Source of the DNA: Oceanispirochaeta sp.
GTDB lineage: Bacteria > Spirochaetota > Spirochaetia > DSM-2461
Length of the DNA stretch: 64,000 nt
NCBI GenBank assembly: GCA_963666275.2
Contig: CAXXOA010000001.1
Coordinates: forward strand, 1,664,001 to 1,728,000
Direction: 5' to 3'
The notes under the pieces: generated by a model
The model's database searches: none
The model's input: only the letters and a program-made list of their open reading frames with translations
Told to the model about the DNA's origin: nothing
Translations under genes and position numbers: made by a program
Part shown: in pieces, positions 19,394 through 29,359 of the stretch
Numbering within the stretch: the stretch's first letter is position 1
Layout of the letters: the number at the start of each line of letters is the position of its first letter

Positions 19394-22197
19394 ATCTGAT
19401 GGAGCAGACCGCGGCTCATCCCTTCCGGGTCCTCATGGTTTTCGCCGCTCTTATCCTTTTCGGCGGAATCTCCCTTTTTCAGCTCAGACTGGAGGAACTT
19501 CCCGAGCTGCCTCTGCCGGTGGTGAAGGTTGTGGCAGATCTGCCCGGTTATCCTCCCGCCGAGATTGAACAGCTTCTGACCATTCCCCTGGAGAATGCCC
19601 TTTCGGGTATACAGGGCGTTACCCGTATGGAGGGGCTCTCAAAAAACGGAACAGCCGCTGTGACTCTCCAGTTCGACTGGGATATTGTACTGGAGAATGT
19701 TACGCTGGAAGTCCGGGAATGTGTGGATGAAATCTATCCCTTCCTGCCGGAGGGAGTCAGGAAACCCGTTGTTTTTACAGACAGCCTCTCGGACCGGCCG
19801 GTGCTGCGACTCGTCTGTATTCCCCGGGAGGGCGCCCCCTGGGAGGATCTCTACTTTGCCCTGAAATATGACCTCACAGGCAGACTGAAAGAGGTTCCAC
19901 AGGCCGGGAAAATCAGCATAGCCGGACTGCAGAAGCCCGAACTCCTCGTGGAGACTGATATGACCGGTCTTTATGCCATGAACCTTACGCTGGATGATCT
20001 TGCGGGCTATCTGGGACAGTTCCTTATCGATCTGCCTGCGGGAAAAATCCGGGATGTCCGCAGAGAGAGGCTGGTTCAGATCTCTTCGGGAATTCAGGAC
20101 CCTGAGGGCATCGGTTCTCTGAGAATCACCCCCGGGTCGTCTGTGAAATTTGAAGATATTTCCCATATCCGATATGCCCCGGAAGAGGCGACGTCCCTGT
20201 TCCTCTACAGAGATAGCCGGGCTATTAGAATCGATATCTATAAAAACGGCAGCGCCGGTACACTCCAGGCGGCTCTGGCTGTGAAAGAGCTCATCCCCGG
20301 GATCAACAGGAGCAATCAGAACCTCTACACCCTGGAAATTCTGGAAGATGCCTCTTCTGGGATCACGGATTCCATCAAATCCCTCTCTGTTTCCCTGGTT
20401 CTGGGACTCCTCTCGGCAGGAGGGGTTCTCTTCCTTCTCTACAGGAACTGGCGCTTTTCCCTGATCACCTCACTGGCTATTCCTGTCTGCATGGTGCTGC
20501 TTTTCTTTCCCATGTTCCTGATGGGACTGTCCCTGAATACCATCAGTCTTCTGGGGATACTCATAGGCATCGGTATGATTGCGGACAATACGATCATTGT
20601 CCTGGAGGAACTGTCTGCCTCGGCTGACAGGACTCCCGGGGGGCAGGGGAAGATACTCAGGCGGATCACTCCGGCGGTTGTCTCCTCATCGCTGACGACG
20701 ATCCTTGTTTTTATCCCCCCTCTGCTGATTCCCGGCGTGTCTTCCGTCCTTTTCAGAGATCTCATCTATACGATTACTCTGCTTATCCTTCTTTCCCTGA
20801 TCACGGGGCTCTTCTGGTCGCCCGGACTGTTCAACAGTCTTGGTAAAGTCTCCCCGGGGCCGTTGAAGGAATCCCCGGGGGCCGGCAAAGTGAAAAAACT
20901 CTATGCTGCCGGTCTTTTCCATCTCCTCAGGAAGTGTCGCAGAAGGAAAGGAGCTGTCCTTGCGGTCTATGGGGGGATTGTCCTTTTACTGATTCCCCTC
21001 CTGTACAGCATGTCCCTTGTCCTGGCGCCGGATGAGCCTTCCGGGCATGTCCGTATCCGTCAGATTATGCCCGGAGACTGGACCTCCGAAGAAATCCGCA
21101 AGCAGGCGGGGACTCTGATCCGCCTGATGGACGAAGAGTTCCATCCCTCAGCTATAAGCGCCAGGGCCGGTTATGACAGGGAATCGGTCAGGCAGAGGGC
21201 GGAAAAAGACAGTTTTCTGAATATTGTGAACTACAGTATCGGCTTTTCCACCACCAGAACTCCTGAGGATATTGCTGAAATCCGTTCTTTTCTGATTGGG
21301 AGGGGGTATGATAGAATTCAGGTAGAGAAGGAGACGGGGACTCTGGAATCGGCTCTCTCTTCTCCTTCAAAGCCTCTGGAACTTCCCCTGATGCCCATAC
21401 TGAGATTTTATCCCCGCAGGGATGAGATGGCCGCGGCGTCTCTTACGGCCGCGGATCTGCAGAACACCCTGGGCGCAGCCATCAGAGGGATCCCGGCGGG
21501 TGAAGTCCCCTATGGGATGGAAAAGATTCCTGTCAGGCTCCGGGCACGGGAAGAGTACAGAAGCCGGGAGAGTGATATGGAGGATCTCAGGATCAGATCA
21601 TCCGGTGGATTCATCCCTCTCCGGGAACTGGGATTCCTTCAGAAAACCTATGAACCCGCGTCTTTCGTCCGTATCAACCGGGGGCAGGGCGAAATGGACA
21701 GAGCCACACTGGAAGCGGGAAGTTTTATCTGGCTCTACCTCTTTGCTCTGGTCCTTATGTTTTTTGTCCTGGCCATCCAGTCGGGTTCTCTGAAAAAGGC
21801 TCTCATACTGATGAGCTGTTTTCCCCTCTCCCTGCTGGGAAGCCTGGCCGCCCTGAAGATCTGTTCCTTCTCTTTAAACCTGTACGGTTTTATTGGGATC
21901 CTGATTATGCAGGGCACCGTGGTAAATACGGGCATTCTGATTCTGGACAGCAGCGGAAAAGGAAGTCTCAGCACTCTACTGGCTGTTTCTATCAGACGTT
22001 TCCGTCCCGTCTGGGCGACAGTTCTGACAACAGTGGTAGCGCTCCTTCCGGTTCTGGTTCAATCTCTGATACAGGGGGAGCCCGCAGGAGCCATGGCCGC
22101 CACTGTCATAGGAGGAATGCTCACGGGAACGCCTCTGATTCTGTTCTTTATTCCTCTGTTTTATGTTTCCGGAAGGGCAAAGGATAGGGGAGTGTGA
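19390..22197 (+). CDS. AcrB/CzcA-like RND permease, shortened (935 aa)
   Basis: LPGYPPAEIEQLLTIPLENALSGIQGV, GIGMIADNTIIVLE, RRFRPVWATVLTT; multiple TM segments. Confidence 0.88.
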   Translation: MNLMEQTAAHPFRVLMVFAALILFGGISLFQLRLEELPELPLPVVKVVADLPGYPPAEIEQLLTIPLENALSGIQGVTRMEGLSKNGTAAVTLQFDWDIVLENVTLEVRECVDEIYPFLPEGVRKPVVFTDSLSDRPVLRLVCIPREGAPWEDLYFALKYDLTGRLKEVPQAGKISIAGLQKPELLVETDMTGLYAMNLTLDDLAGYLGQFLIDLPAGKIRDVRRERLVQISSGIQDPEGIGSLRITPGSSVKFEDISHIRYAPEEATSLFLYRDSRAIRIDIYKNGSAGTLQAALAVKELIPGINRSNQNLYTLEILEDASSGITDSIKSLSVSLVLGLLSAGGVLFLLYRNWRFSLITSLAIPVCMVLLFFPMFLMGLSLNTISLLGILIGIGMIADNTIIVLEELSASADRTPGGQGKILRRITPAVVSSSLTTILVFIPPLLIPGVSSVLFRDLIYTITLLILLSLITGLFWSPGLFNSLGKVSPGPLKESPGAGKVKKLYAAGLFHLLRKCRRRKGAVLAVYGGIVLLLIPLLYSMSLVLAPDEPSGHVRIRQIMPGDWTSEEIRKQAGTLIRLMDEEFHPSAISARAGYDRESVRQRAEKDSFLNIVNYSIGFSTTRTPEDIAEIRSFLIGRGYDRIQVEKETGTLESALSSPSKPLELPLMPILRFYPRRDEMAAASLTAADLQNTLGAAIRGIPAGEVPYGMEKIPVRLRAREEYRSRESDMEDLRIRSSGGFIPLRELGFLQKTYEPASFVRINRGQGEMDRATLEAGSFIWLYLFALVLMFFVLAIQSGSLKKALILMSCFPLSLLGSLAALKICSFSLNLYGFIGILIMQGTVVNTGILILDSSGKGSLSTLLAVSIRRFRPVWATVLTTVVALLPVLVQSLIQGEPAGAMAATVIGGMLTGTPLILFFIPLFYVSGRAKDRGV

Positions 22198-25007
22198 AAG
22201 TTCGGTCTCTTCTCCTGGCCCTTCTATTCCTTCTTCCCTCGCTCCTCATCCTTGGCAGAACTTCGTTCTCCTATTTTCCCGACAGGAACAGCCGGGTCAT
22301 TACGGTTGAGATCGAACTGAAAGGGAGTTATCAGGAGGGGGTGGAACAGGTCATCACCAATCCCCTGGAAGAAGAACTCTCCCGCCTTGAGGGGCTGAAG
22401 AGAATTACCTCGGTTTCTGAAGATGAAAAGTCCAGGATAACCCTTGTCTTTCATAATCAGGTCAATCTGGACAGGGCCTATCTGGAGGTTTCAGACAGGA
22501 TTGACCGCATCTCCGCATCCTTTCCCTCCCACGCGGGGAAACCCCGTCTGCTAAGGAGCGACAGCGGGAGTTTTCCCGTATTCATTCTCATGCTTAAAAA
22601 AGAAACCCTCTCCGAAAGCAGGGAGTCTCTTGAAAAAAGGTTTCAGAGCCTGCCAGGAGTAGGAAAAGTGGAGATCGGCGGCATGGAAAACAGGGATGTC
22701 ATTCTGAAAACTGACAGCCCCCGCCTGGGCCACTACCGGCTCGGCATTGATGATATTGCTTCTCTTATAAGCAGAAACAACAGGATCCTCAGCGTTCCCG
22801 TCAGACCGGGGCTCAGTCTGACAAGTGATCTCCGTTACGCCTCACTGGATGACTACAGCCGTCAGAGTTTCGGCGCCGGCCTCTCTCTGGAACAGATTCT
22901 CCAGCCTATTCTGGAAGATGCGCCCCGCCAGTCCATAGCCAGGGTAAACGCCAGGGATTCCATTCTGGTCTGGATCCACCTGGCGGGGGATGGCAATGCG
23001 ATCCGGCTGTGCAGACGCCTTGTCTCTTTTCAGGCGTCCCTGCCGGAATCCCGGATCCTGTATAACAAAGGGGAAGTTATTGAAAAGGCACTCTGGAAAA
23101 CAGCCCGGGCAGTTCTAATCGGTATCGGCGCTGTTTTTCTTGTGACGGGACTCTTCCTGGGGAAAGGGAAAACTGCCGCTCTGATCAGTGGGAATATACC
23201 CTTTTCCCTGATAGTTGCCATGGCGGTTCTGACCTGGCGGGGCAGGGAGATCGATCTTATGGTCCTCTCGGGATTCTGCGTTGCTGCAGGGCTGATTATC
23301 GATGCAGGGGTTATCCTTGTGGAATGCGGAAAAAAAGAGGCCCGCCAGCCGATTATCTACTCTCTTGTTTCGACTATCCTTGTTTTTGCTGTATTCCTCT
23401 TTGCTCCCCGGCCTGTACAGGAACTCTATCAGGGCATGATCGGAAGTATTACTCTGGTACTGCTCATTTCCTGTGCCTATCTGTTTTCAATCCCCGGTGA
23501 TGTCCATTTAAAGAGCCAGGTAAAGCCTGGGATCACTCATGCCGGGAGTTATGCCTCTCTCTGGCATTATATGAAACGGTTCCGATGGGTTTCCCTCATT
23601 GTTCTGGTCGTAACAGCCGGCCTGTGTTCCTACGGCGCCTCCACCCTCAGCTTCCGGAGCGAACTCCTTCCCGGCGACGGAAATCTGACATTTTTCTATG
23701 AGTACCCTTCGGGGACACCCCGGGATGCGGTTCTTATGGATCTGGAGGATCTGGAGGAGACAATGACCACATGGGAGGAGGTCCGGTACTTTTCCAGTGA
23801 ATTCAAACCGGAAAAAGCCGTTTTCCGTTTGAGTCTGGCCTCTGATACGGATTCTGTCCGGCAGACTCTTATAGACAGAATTAGCGATATCTCCCGGGGA
23901 GTGGGAGGAGCACTCTTTTTTGACAGTGCCGGGGATAAGCTGACCTATGATGTGACCGTCCTGGCTCACAGCAGGGAGGTCCTGTTCCGTCAGGCCCGGG
24001 AGGCGGCGGATCTTCTGCAGGCCCATCTGCCGGAAATAAAAGTGATAATGCACTTCAAGGAACGGCCTCCTCTCCTGCGCCTCCTCATTGACAGGGACAT
24101 TTCAGAAAGTTCGGGGCCCGCCCCTGTCAGTCTCTATCGACAGGTTTCGCAGGTTCTCAACCGTCCTGTCCGATTGAAATGGCTTCCTGTGAAACCTGTG
24201 GTCCCCGGCCAGTACAGCTACGATGTGCGGTTCCGCACGGGGGAAGATCAGAGTCTGAACAGGGAAGGCCTTCTGGGTTTTCCCGTTGACACAGACCGTG
24301 GGGAAACAAGAAAACTGACTGAACTGATCAGGGAGGAGTCTGTACCTGATTACGGAAGAATACATCACTTTCAGGGGCGCCGGGGCGTTCAGCTCTCTCT
24401 GGAGTTCCGGGAGGGCCGCAAGGGAGATATTTCCTCTGAGGTGGAAAGGATCCTGTCCGGTATGGAATGGAGGGAAGGGGTCAAGGTCATTCATGGCAAA
24501 GACTACAGAGAACGGAACAGGGAGATCCGCATCCTCGCCCTTTGCGTGATTCTGGCGGTGATCCTGGTCTTTCTGCTTCTGCTCTATGTGTTTGAATCTC
24601 CGGTCATTCCCTTTTTCCTCATTCTTCAGATTCCCGGAGCGCTGCTGTTTCCTCTGGGGCTGCTGGCTCTTTTGCGTATTCCCCTGTCCTCGCCGGTTCT
24701 CTTCTCTCTTATCCTGATCATCGGCATCTCTGTGAATAACGGGATTGTTCTGTTTAGCGGAATGGAAAAGGGGAAACGGGACAGAGAATCCCTTGTTCAG
24801 GCTCTTCAGAGGCGGTCTGTGTCCCTGATGGCGGCGCTGGTAACCACTCTGGCGGGGATTGTCCCTCTTCTGTTCACAAAGGAAGGGCTGAACGATCCTT
24901 TCGGGGCACTCTCCTTTACCATAGGAACGGGCCTCCTGTATTCGCTGGTATCACTCTATCTGACCCTGCCGCTTCTGGAAGAAAAAAAGGCAAAAAAAAG
25001 CCCGTAA
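22194..25007 (+). CDS. Second AcrB-like RND permease, shortened (937 aa)
   Basis: VEQVITNPLEEELSRLEGL, GLIIDAGVILVE, GISVNNGIVL; multiple TM segments. Confidence 0.88.
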   Translation: MKVRSLLLALLFLLPSLLILGRTSFSYFPDRNSRVITVEIELKGSYQEGVEQVITNPLEEELSRLEGLKRITSVSEDEKSRITLVFHNQVNLDRAYLEVSDRIDRISASFPSHAGKPRLLRSDSGSFPVFILMLKKETLSESRESLEKRFQSLPGVGKVEIGGMENRDVILKTDSPRLGHYRLGIDDIASLISRNNRILSVPVRPGLSLTSDLRYASLDDYSRQSFGAGLSLEQILQPILEDAPRQSIARVNARDSILVWIHLAGDGNAIRLCRRLVSFQASLPESRILYNKGEVIEKALWKTARAVLIGIGAVFLVTGLFLGKGKTAALISGNIPFSLIVAMAVLTWRGREIDLMVLSGFCVAAGLIIDAGVILVECGKKEARQPIIYSLVSTILVFAVFLFAPRPVQELYQGMIGSITLVLLISCAYLFSIPGDVHLKSQVKPGITHAGSYASLWHYMKRFRWVSLIVLVVTAGLCSYGASTLSFRSELLPGDGNLTFFYEYPSGTPRDAVLMDLEDLEETMTTWEEVRYFSSEFKPEKAVFRLSLASDTDSVRQTLIDRISDISRGVGGALFFDSAGDKLTYDVTVLAHSREVLFRQAREAADLLQAHLPEIKVIMHFKERPPLLRLLIDRDISESSGPAPVSLYRQVSQVLNRPVRLKWLPVKPVVPGQYSYDVRFRTGEDQSLNREGLLGFPVDTDRGETRKLTELIREESVPDYGRIHHFQGRRGVQLSLEFREGRKGDISSEVERILSGMEWREGVKVIHGKDYRERNREIRILALCVILAVILVFLLLLYVFESPVIPFFLILQIPGALLFPLGLLALLRIPLSSPVLFSLILIIGISVNNGIVLFSGMEKGKRDRESLVQALQRRSVSLMAALVTTLAGIVPLLFTKEGLNDPFGALSFTIGTGLLYSLVSLYLTLPLLEEKKAKKSP

Positions 25008-25121
25008 GTCTGGACGTTGAACCTTACGGACCTGAAATAGCAATTCCTTTAAAAAAGGAAATGAATCTGTTGAACACTTAATGTGTTACATTATTAAGTT
25101 TCGGCGGGGGATTATTTTTCT

Positions 25122-26918
25122 TTAAGAAAAAACTGTTTTTTTTGCTTTTTCCAGCTGTTTTATCTGAAAATTCAAGCTTTCCGTCAGATTCCGGTAGAGT
25201 GTCCGGGAGTTTTCCATGGATTGGGAGGGGGAGGACTGGACCGAGGCTTCTGCCAGGAATTCTTCCAGAAGGGGGAGGATGAAGAAACCTATGATCTCTT
25301 TATTGCCCGATGAAAGGAGTTTGCTGTCAATGGTTTCAAGCTCTTTCAGGGTCCGGGAATCTACTGTATTTTCCGGAATATTCCGGGAGATCTCCCAGCC
25401 CCGGTTTGTCAGTTCCGAAAGATCCTGCAGTTCCTCAATAAGCTGAAAAATCACATTTTTTACCTGAACCGGAGAAACAGGAACGGAGACCTCCCGGAGA
25501 CTCTCTAAAATCTCATCCAGAGCGTCCCTGCATCGGGGCAGTTCCATAAGCTTTTCCGGAGGCTGATAGGGCATACCAGTAATTTTTACCCCTTTATCCG
25601 ATAGATTTCCGGTGTGTATCCGGGGATAATCGGCCATCTGCTGTTCAAACCAGGATATGTAGATCTTCATCCTCTGGTCTGTATACACAGCCTGATCCCT
25701 GTAATTTTCTGTCCTGTAGGGATTCCCGCTGTAAAGGGCATGCCATCCATGGGTTTCGGGGGTGCTGAAGCGATGGGAAAGAGTGTGGACCCTCTCTTCA
25801 AAGGTACTGCCTCTGTAATGGGTCTGTTTGTCCGGAAAGGAAAGATCCAGTCCGCCGCAGAAAATATCGCTTATTCCCATCTGACGGATCAGATCCCAGG
25901 CGGCTGTGGCCACAGAACCGCCCGATTTCAGTTTCCCTTTTATTTCTGTCCTCTCTTCAAGGTACTGCCCCAGGGGGAAAGGGGTGGAACAGAAAAAGAT
26001 CTTTCCCCGGGTTTTTCTGAAAACCGAAGGGTAGGAGGATACATCCGAAACAAGGAGGGATTTTTCAAGCCGGCAGCGGTCCAGATGGCGGGTATTCCAG
26101 TACTGGGGATCAGTCAGAATAGTAAAATCCGGCTCCACTCCCGCATCCAGACAGGGTTTCAGAGCTGTATCCACACAGATCAGGAGCATCCTTTCTCTCA
26201 GTTCCTTCAGATGAGGGACTAACCCGTTCAATCCGGGGCCGGCGGCGAGGAGCAGTCCGGGATACCCTGTAAAACGGTCCTTCAGGTGGTATATACCCGG
26301 AGCTCTGCTGAGCATTGGCATATTACGGGCAATGTTGCTGATCCAGAGGCGGTTGAAACGGTTATGGGTGTTGGTGTTGATCTCCCGTTTGGCAATATAG
26401 TCCCGGACAGCTTTTTCCAGTCTGTCATAGGAGTCCTGATCTGTCTGATAGATCGAGCGGATCAGGCAGGTCTGAATCTTTGTGGTTTTAACATCATTGA
26501 GAAAGAACGGAATCGCCGAAGGGTCGCTCCCCAGTAGGAGGCTCATCTTTCCAGACTGAAACAGATCCGTATAATCCCGGCTGGTCAGGGCCTGTTTGAA
26601 AAGCGCCGGATCCGGTTCGATGATTCCGAAGGGAATCTCCGGATAAAACCTGTGAAAGGCTTCCACCTGATAGCCCAGACCAAAACCCAGAAACAGGCAG
26701 TACCTGGTGGAACTGTCTATTTCCCGGCTTATCAGTTTCTCAGATTCCCGTTCAGGATTGTGACCCGAGTGAAGCAGGATCCCCCCTTTTTTCAGGGTAG
26801 GAGATCCGTTTCTGGCTTCCATTATTTCATAACTGTCTCCGGGAATTTCAGAGAGGGTCTCTTTGAATCCCGGAAAAATAGTTTCCAGGCTGTTCAGATT
26901 GGTATGGAGAAAACTCAT
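25122..26918 (-). CDS. Motility accessory factor (Maf/DUF115) glycosyltransferase-like protein
   Basis: FLGFGLGYQ, LAAGPGL, ICVDTAL, GGSVAT, GLDLSF motifs. Confidence 0.85.
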   Translation of the reverse strand: MSFLHTNLNSLETIFPGFKETLSEIPGDSYEIMEARNGSPTLKKGGILLHSGHNPERESEKLISREIDSSTRYCLFLGFGLGYQVEAFHRFYPEIPFGIIEPDPALFKQALTSRDYTDLFQSGKMSLLLGSDPSAIPFFLNDVKTTKIQTCLIRSIYQTDQDSYDRLEKAVRDYIAKREINTNTHNRFNRLWISNIARNMPMLSRAPGIYHLKDRFTGYPGLLLAAGPGLNGLVPHLKELRERMLLICVDTALKPCLDAGVEPDFTILTDPQYWNTRHLDRCRLEKSLLVSDVSSYPSVFRKTRGKIFFCSTPFPLGQYLEERTEIKGKLKSGGSVATAAWDLIRQMGISDIFCGGLDLSFPDKQTHYRGSTFEERVHTLSHRFSTPETHGWHALYSGNPYRTENYRDQAVYTDQRMKIYISWFEQQMADYPRIHTGNLSDKGVKITGMPYQPPEKLMELPRCRDALDEILESLREVSVPVSPVQVKNVIFQLIEELQDLSELTNRGWEISRNIPENTVDSRTLKELETIDSKLLSSGNKEIIGFFILPLLEEFLAEASVQSSPSQSMENSRTLYRNLTESLNFQIKQLEKAKKTVFS

Positions 26919-28807
26919 TTGAATTCCAGATAGATCGTTGTTTCGTCTGTGATTTCCGTATCAGCAGGGGGAAACTGAAAAACCGCCCATCCTTCCCCTT
27001 TGACGGTCACAGGGATCCCTCTGTTTTCCAGAGCATACATGACCTCTCTTTTGGACATACCCGTAAAATCAGGCAGCTTCTCTTCTATGGGCTTATAGGT
27101 ATTGTCGGGGATCCGTACGGCTCCCGAATGTTCCAGTATCTGATTGCCCCCGATAGGTATGCCGTAATAGGGAGAAAGGGCTTCCGCCAGCTCTTTGACG
27201 ATGGGCGAGGCGATCCTTCCTCCGTAGTAGCTCTGACCTTTGGGATACTCCAGAAGCACATAGATAATCAGTTCGGGATCCTCTGTGGGGAATGTGGCCA
27301 GTACGGACGCCATAAAATCCTCATCCGAATAGGTTCCGGTTTCGGGGTCTATCCTCTGGGCGGTACCGGATTTTCCGGAGATCCTGAGCCCCGGGACCTG
27401 AGCCCTTCTCACAGTACCGTATGGGGAGGCCACGGCCTGTTCCATCATGAGCAGTATTGTTTCGGCCACTTCCGGCGAAACCACTTCCCTGACAGTCTCT
27501 CTGCTGTAATCTTTGACGATACTTCCTTCGGGGGATACCACTTTATCGATGATCTGGGGCTTGAGCAGTACACCCCCGTTGGTGAATACGGTGGCGGCGG
27601 TGATCATCTGAAGGGCTGAGACTCCGATCTCCTGACCAATCGCTATGGTCGGTTTAGACCGGACAGACCAGTCCGAGGGGTTGTTCAGGATACCATTGGA
27701 TTCGCCTGGCAGAGGTATTCCCGTTTTATTCCCGAATCCGAAATTTTTAAGCATATTGTAGTGGTCGGTGGCACTGACCGAATCGGAAGCCATGGCTGTC
27801 CCCACATTGCTTGAGTGAACGAGTATTCCCGTGGGATCCAGTATCCCGTAATTGCCCAGATCCGTGATGGGAGGGATATTGTATTTTTTAAATACCTCGG
27901 GGTTATAGGAGTTCCTTGTATCAAAGGTGTCCTGGGGGGTTATGCCTCCCAGTTCCATAAAGGATGCCAGTGAAAAAATCTTCATCACCGAACCGGGTTC
28001 ATAGGTAAGGGTTACAGGCAGGTTGTTTCTCTGCCGGGCCGAATAGGAGGAAAACCTGTTGGGATCAAATGAAGGCAGAGAGACCATGCTGTAGAACTCT
28101 CCGGTTTTGGCTCCCATCACCAGAATCATAAGACCTTCGGGCTTATGCTCTTCAAATGCCTTCCGTGCTATTTTATCTGTAATGTACTGGGTATTGATAT
28201 CTATGGTGAGGTAAACGTCATTCCCGTAGAGGAGACTTTCATCGCCTGTGGTAATGGACGGGGGCGCCAGAACCTGGTTAAAGGTATACTCCAGGCCTTC
28301 CAGGCCCGTATTGTCTGTTCCCACGTATCCGATGAGATGGGCGGCCAGTTCCTTTTCAGGATAATTGCGGCCATGCTCCTTTTCAAGATGGATCCCCGGC
28401 AGACTGCCCTCATCCATCAGCTGACTGATCTTCCCGGATTCGGTGGGTGAAATAAGGCGTTTGATATAGGCGAAACCCTGTCGGGAAGGATCCTGAAAGC
28501 GGTTTAAAAGTTCCTGATAGTCCAGCCCCAGTGCCTCCGAGAGAAGGCGGGCTGTACCTTCCCTGTCCCTGATTTCCGGAATCCAGGCCGTGACGCTGTC
28601 CAGCCGGGTCTGAATCGCCAGGAGTCTGCCGTTTCTGTCATAAATGGCCCCTCTCTCCATGGAGGGAAAACGGGGTGTATCCTGATGGGAACGGTTCCCC
28701 GGTTTGAGCATTATAAAACCATATTGAATGATAAGAGCCAGGGTTATGCCGAAAAGGACAAAGAGAAAAATCCTGAACCGGTTCTGATTGAAATCATGAG
28801 AACTCAA
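26915..28807 (-). CDS. Class B penicillin-binding protein (FtsI-like) with PASTA domain
   Basis: RGAIYDRNG, GLEGLE, EPGSVMK (SxxK), SSN, KSGTAQ. Confidence 0.92.
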   Translation of the reverse strand: MSSHDFNQNRFRIFLFVLFGITLALIIQYGFIMLKPGNRSHQDTPRFPSMERGAIYDRNGRLLAIQTRLDSVTAWIPEIRDREGTARLLSEALGLDYQELLNRFQDPSRQGFAYIKRLISPTESGKISQLMDEGSLPGIHLEKEHGRNYPEKELAAHLIGYVGTDNTGLEGLEYTFNQVLAPPSITTGDESLLYGNDVYLTIDINTQYITDKIARKAFEEHKPEGLMILVMGAKTGEFYSMVSLPSFDPNRFSSYSARQRNNLPVTLTYEPGSVMKIFSLASFMELGGITPQDTFDTRNSYNPEVFKKYNIPPITDLGNYGILDPTGILVHSSNVGTAMASDSVSATDHYNMLKNFGFGNKTGIPLPGESNGILNNPSDWSVRSKPTIAIGQEIGVSALQMITAATVFTNGGVLLKPQIIDKVVSPEGSIVKDYSRETVREVVSPEVAETILLMMEQAVASPYGTVRRAQVPGLRISGKSGTAQRIDPETGTYSDEDFMASVLATFPTEDPELIIYVLLEYPKGQSYYGGRIASPIVKELAEALSPYYGIPIGGNQILEHSGAVRIPDNTYKPIEEKLPDFTGMSKREVMYALENRGIPVTVKGEGWAVFQFPPADTEITDETTIYLEFK

Positions 28808-29331
28808 TGGTATATCCTGCTCCCGGGGGTAATGACTTTTCCCACCAGTGAACTGACGGGGACAAAACCGTAATCTCTGGAATCGATCGAGTGAAAGGGA
28901 TTATCTCCCAGTACCATAATATATCCCTCCGGGATAACAGGATTTTGAAAGAGCTGCTCTTTCTGCCTGTTTGTCAGAAAAAACTTTTCCCCGTCTACAA
29001 TCAGCCAGGTATCACTGATCTGAATAGGATCTCCGGGAAGCATCCTGCACCTTTTCACCACAAGACGTCTATCACCGGGAGACCGGAAAATCACAATGTC
29101 ATTAACATCGGGCATCTGAACTTCAGAAAAAGGCTTTTTATAGGCCATCTTGTTCACAAGTATGGTCTGACCGTTATGAAGGACCGGTTCCATTGAGATT
29201 TCCTGTACCTGCAGTATATCGAACCAGGAGAACCAGATAAAGGCTGTTAAAAGAATAACAGCAAATGGTCCGCCGTATTGATTTAGGAGTTTTTGAATCA
29301 TAGGACAAGTTATATTAATACACCCCCTCAT
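28804..29331 (-). CDS. lepB: Signal peptidase I
   Basis: SMEP, VKR, GDNPFHSIDSRDYGFV; start uncertain. Confidence 0.9.
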   Translation of the reverse strand: MRGCINITCPMIQKLLNQYGGPFAVILLTAFIWFSWFDILQVQEISMEPVLHNGQTILVNKMAYKKPFSEVQMPDVNDIVIFRSPGDRRLVVKRCRMLPGDPIQISDTWLIVDGEKFFLTNRQKEQLFQNPVIPEGYIMVLGDNPFHSIDSRDYGFVPVSSLVGKVITPGSRIYH

Positions 29332-29359
29332 TTTTGTCGATATATTCCAGTAGAGAATT

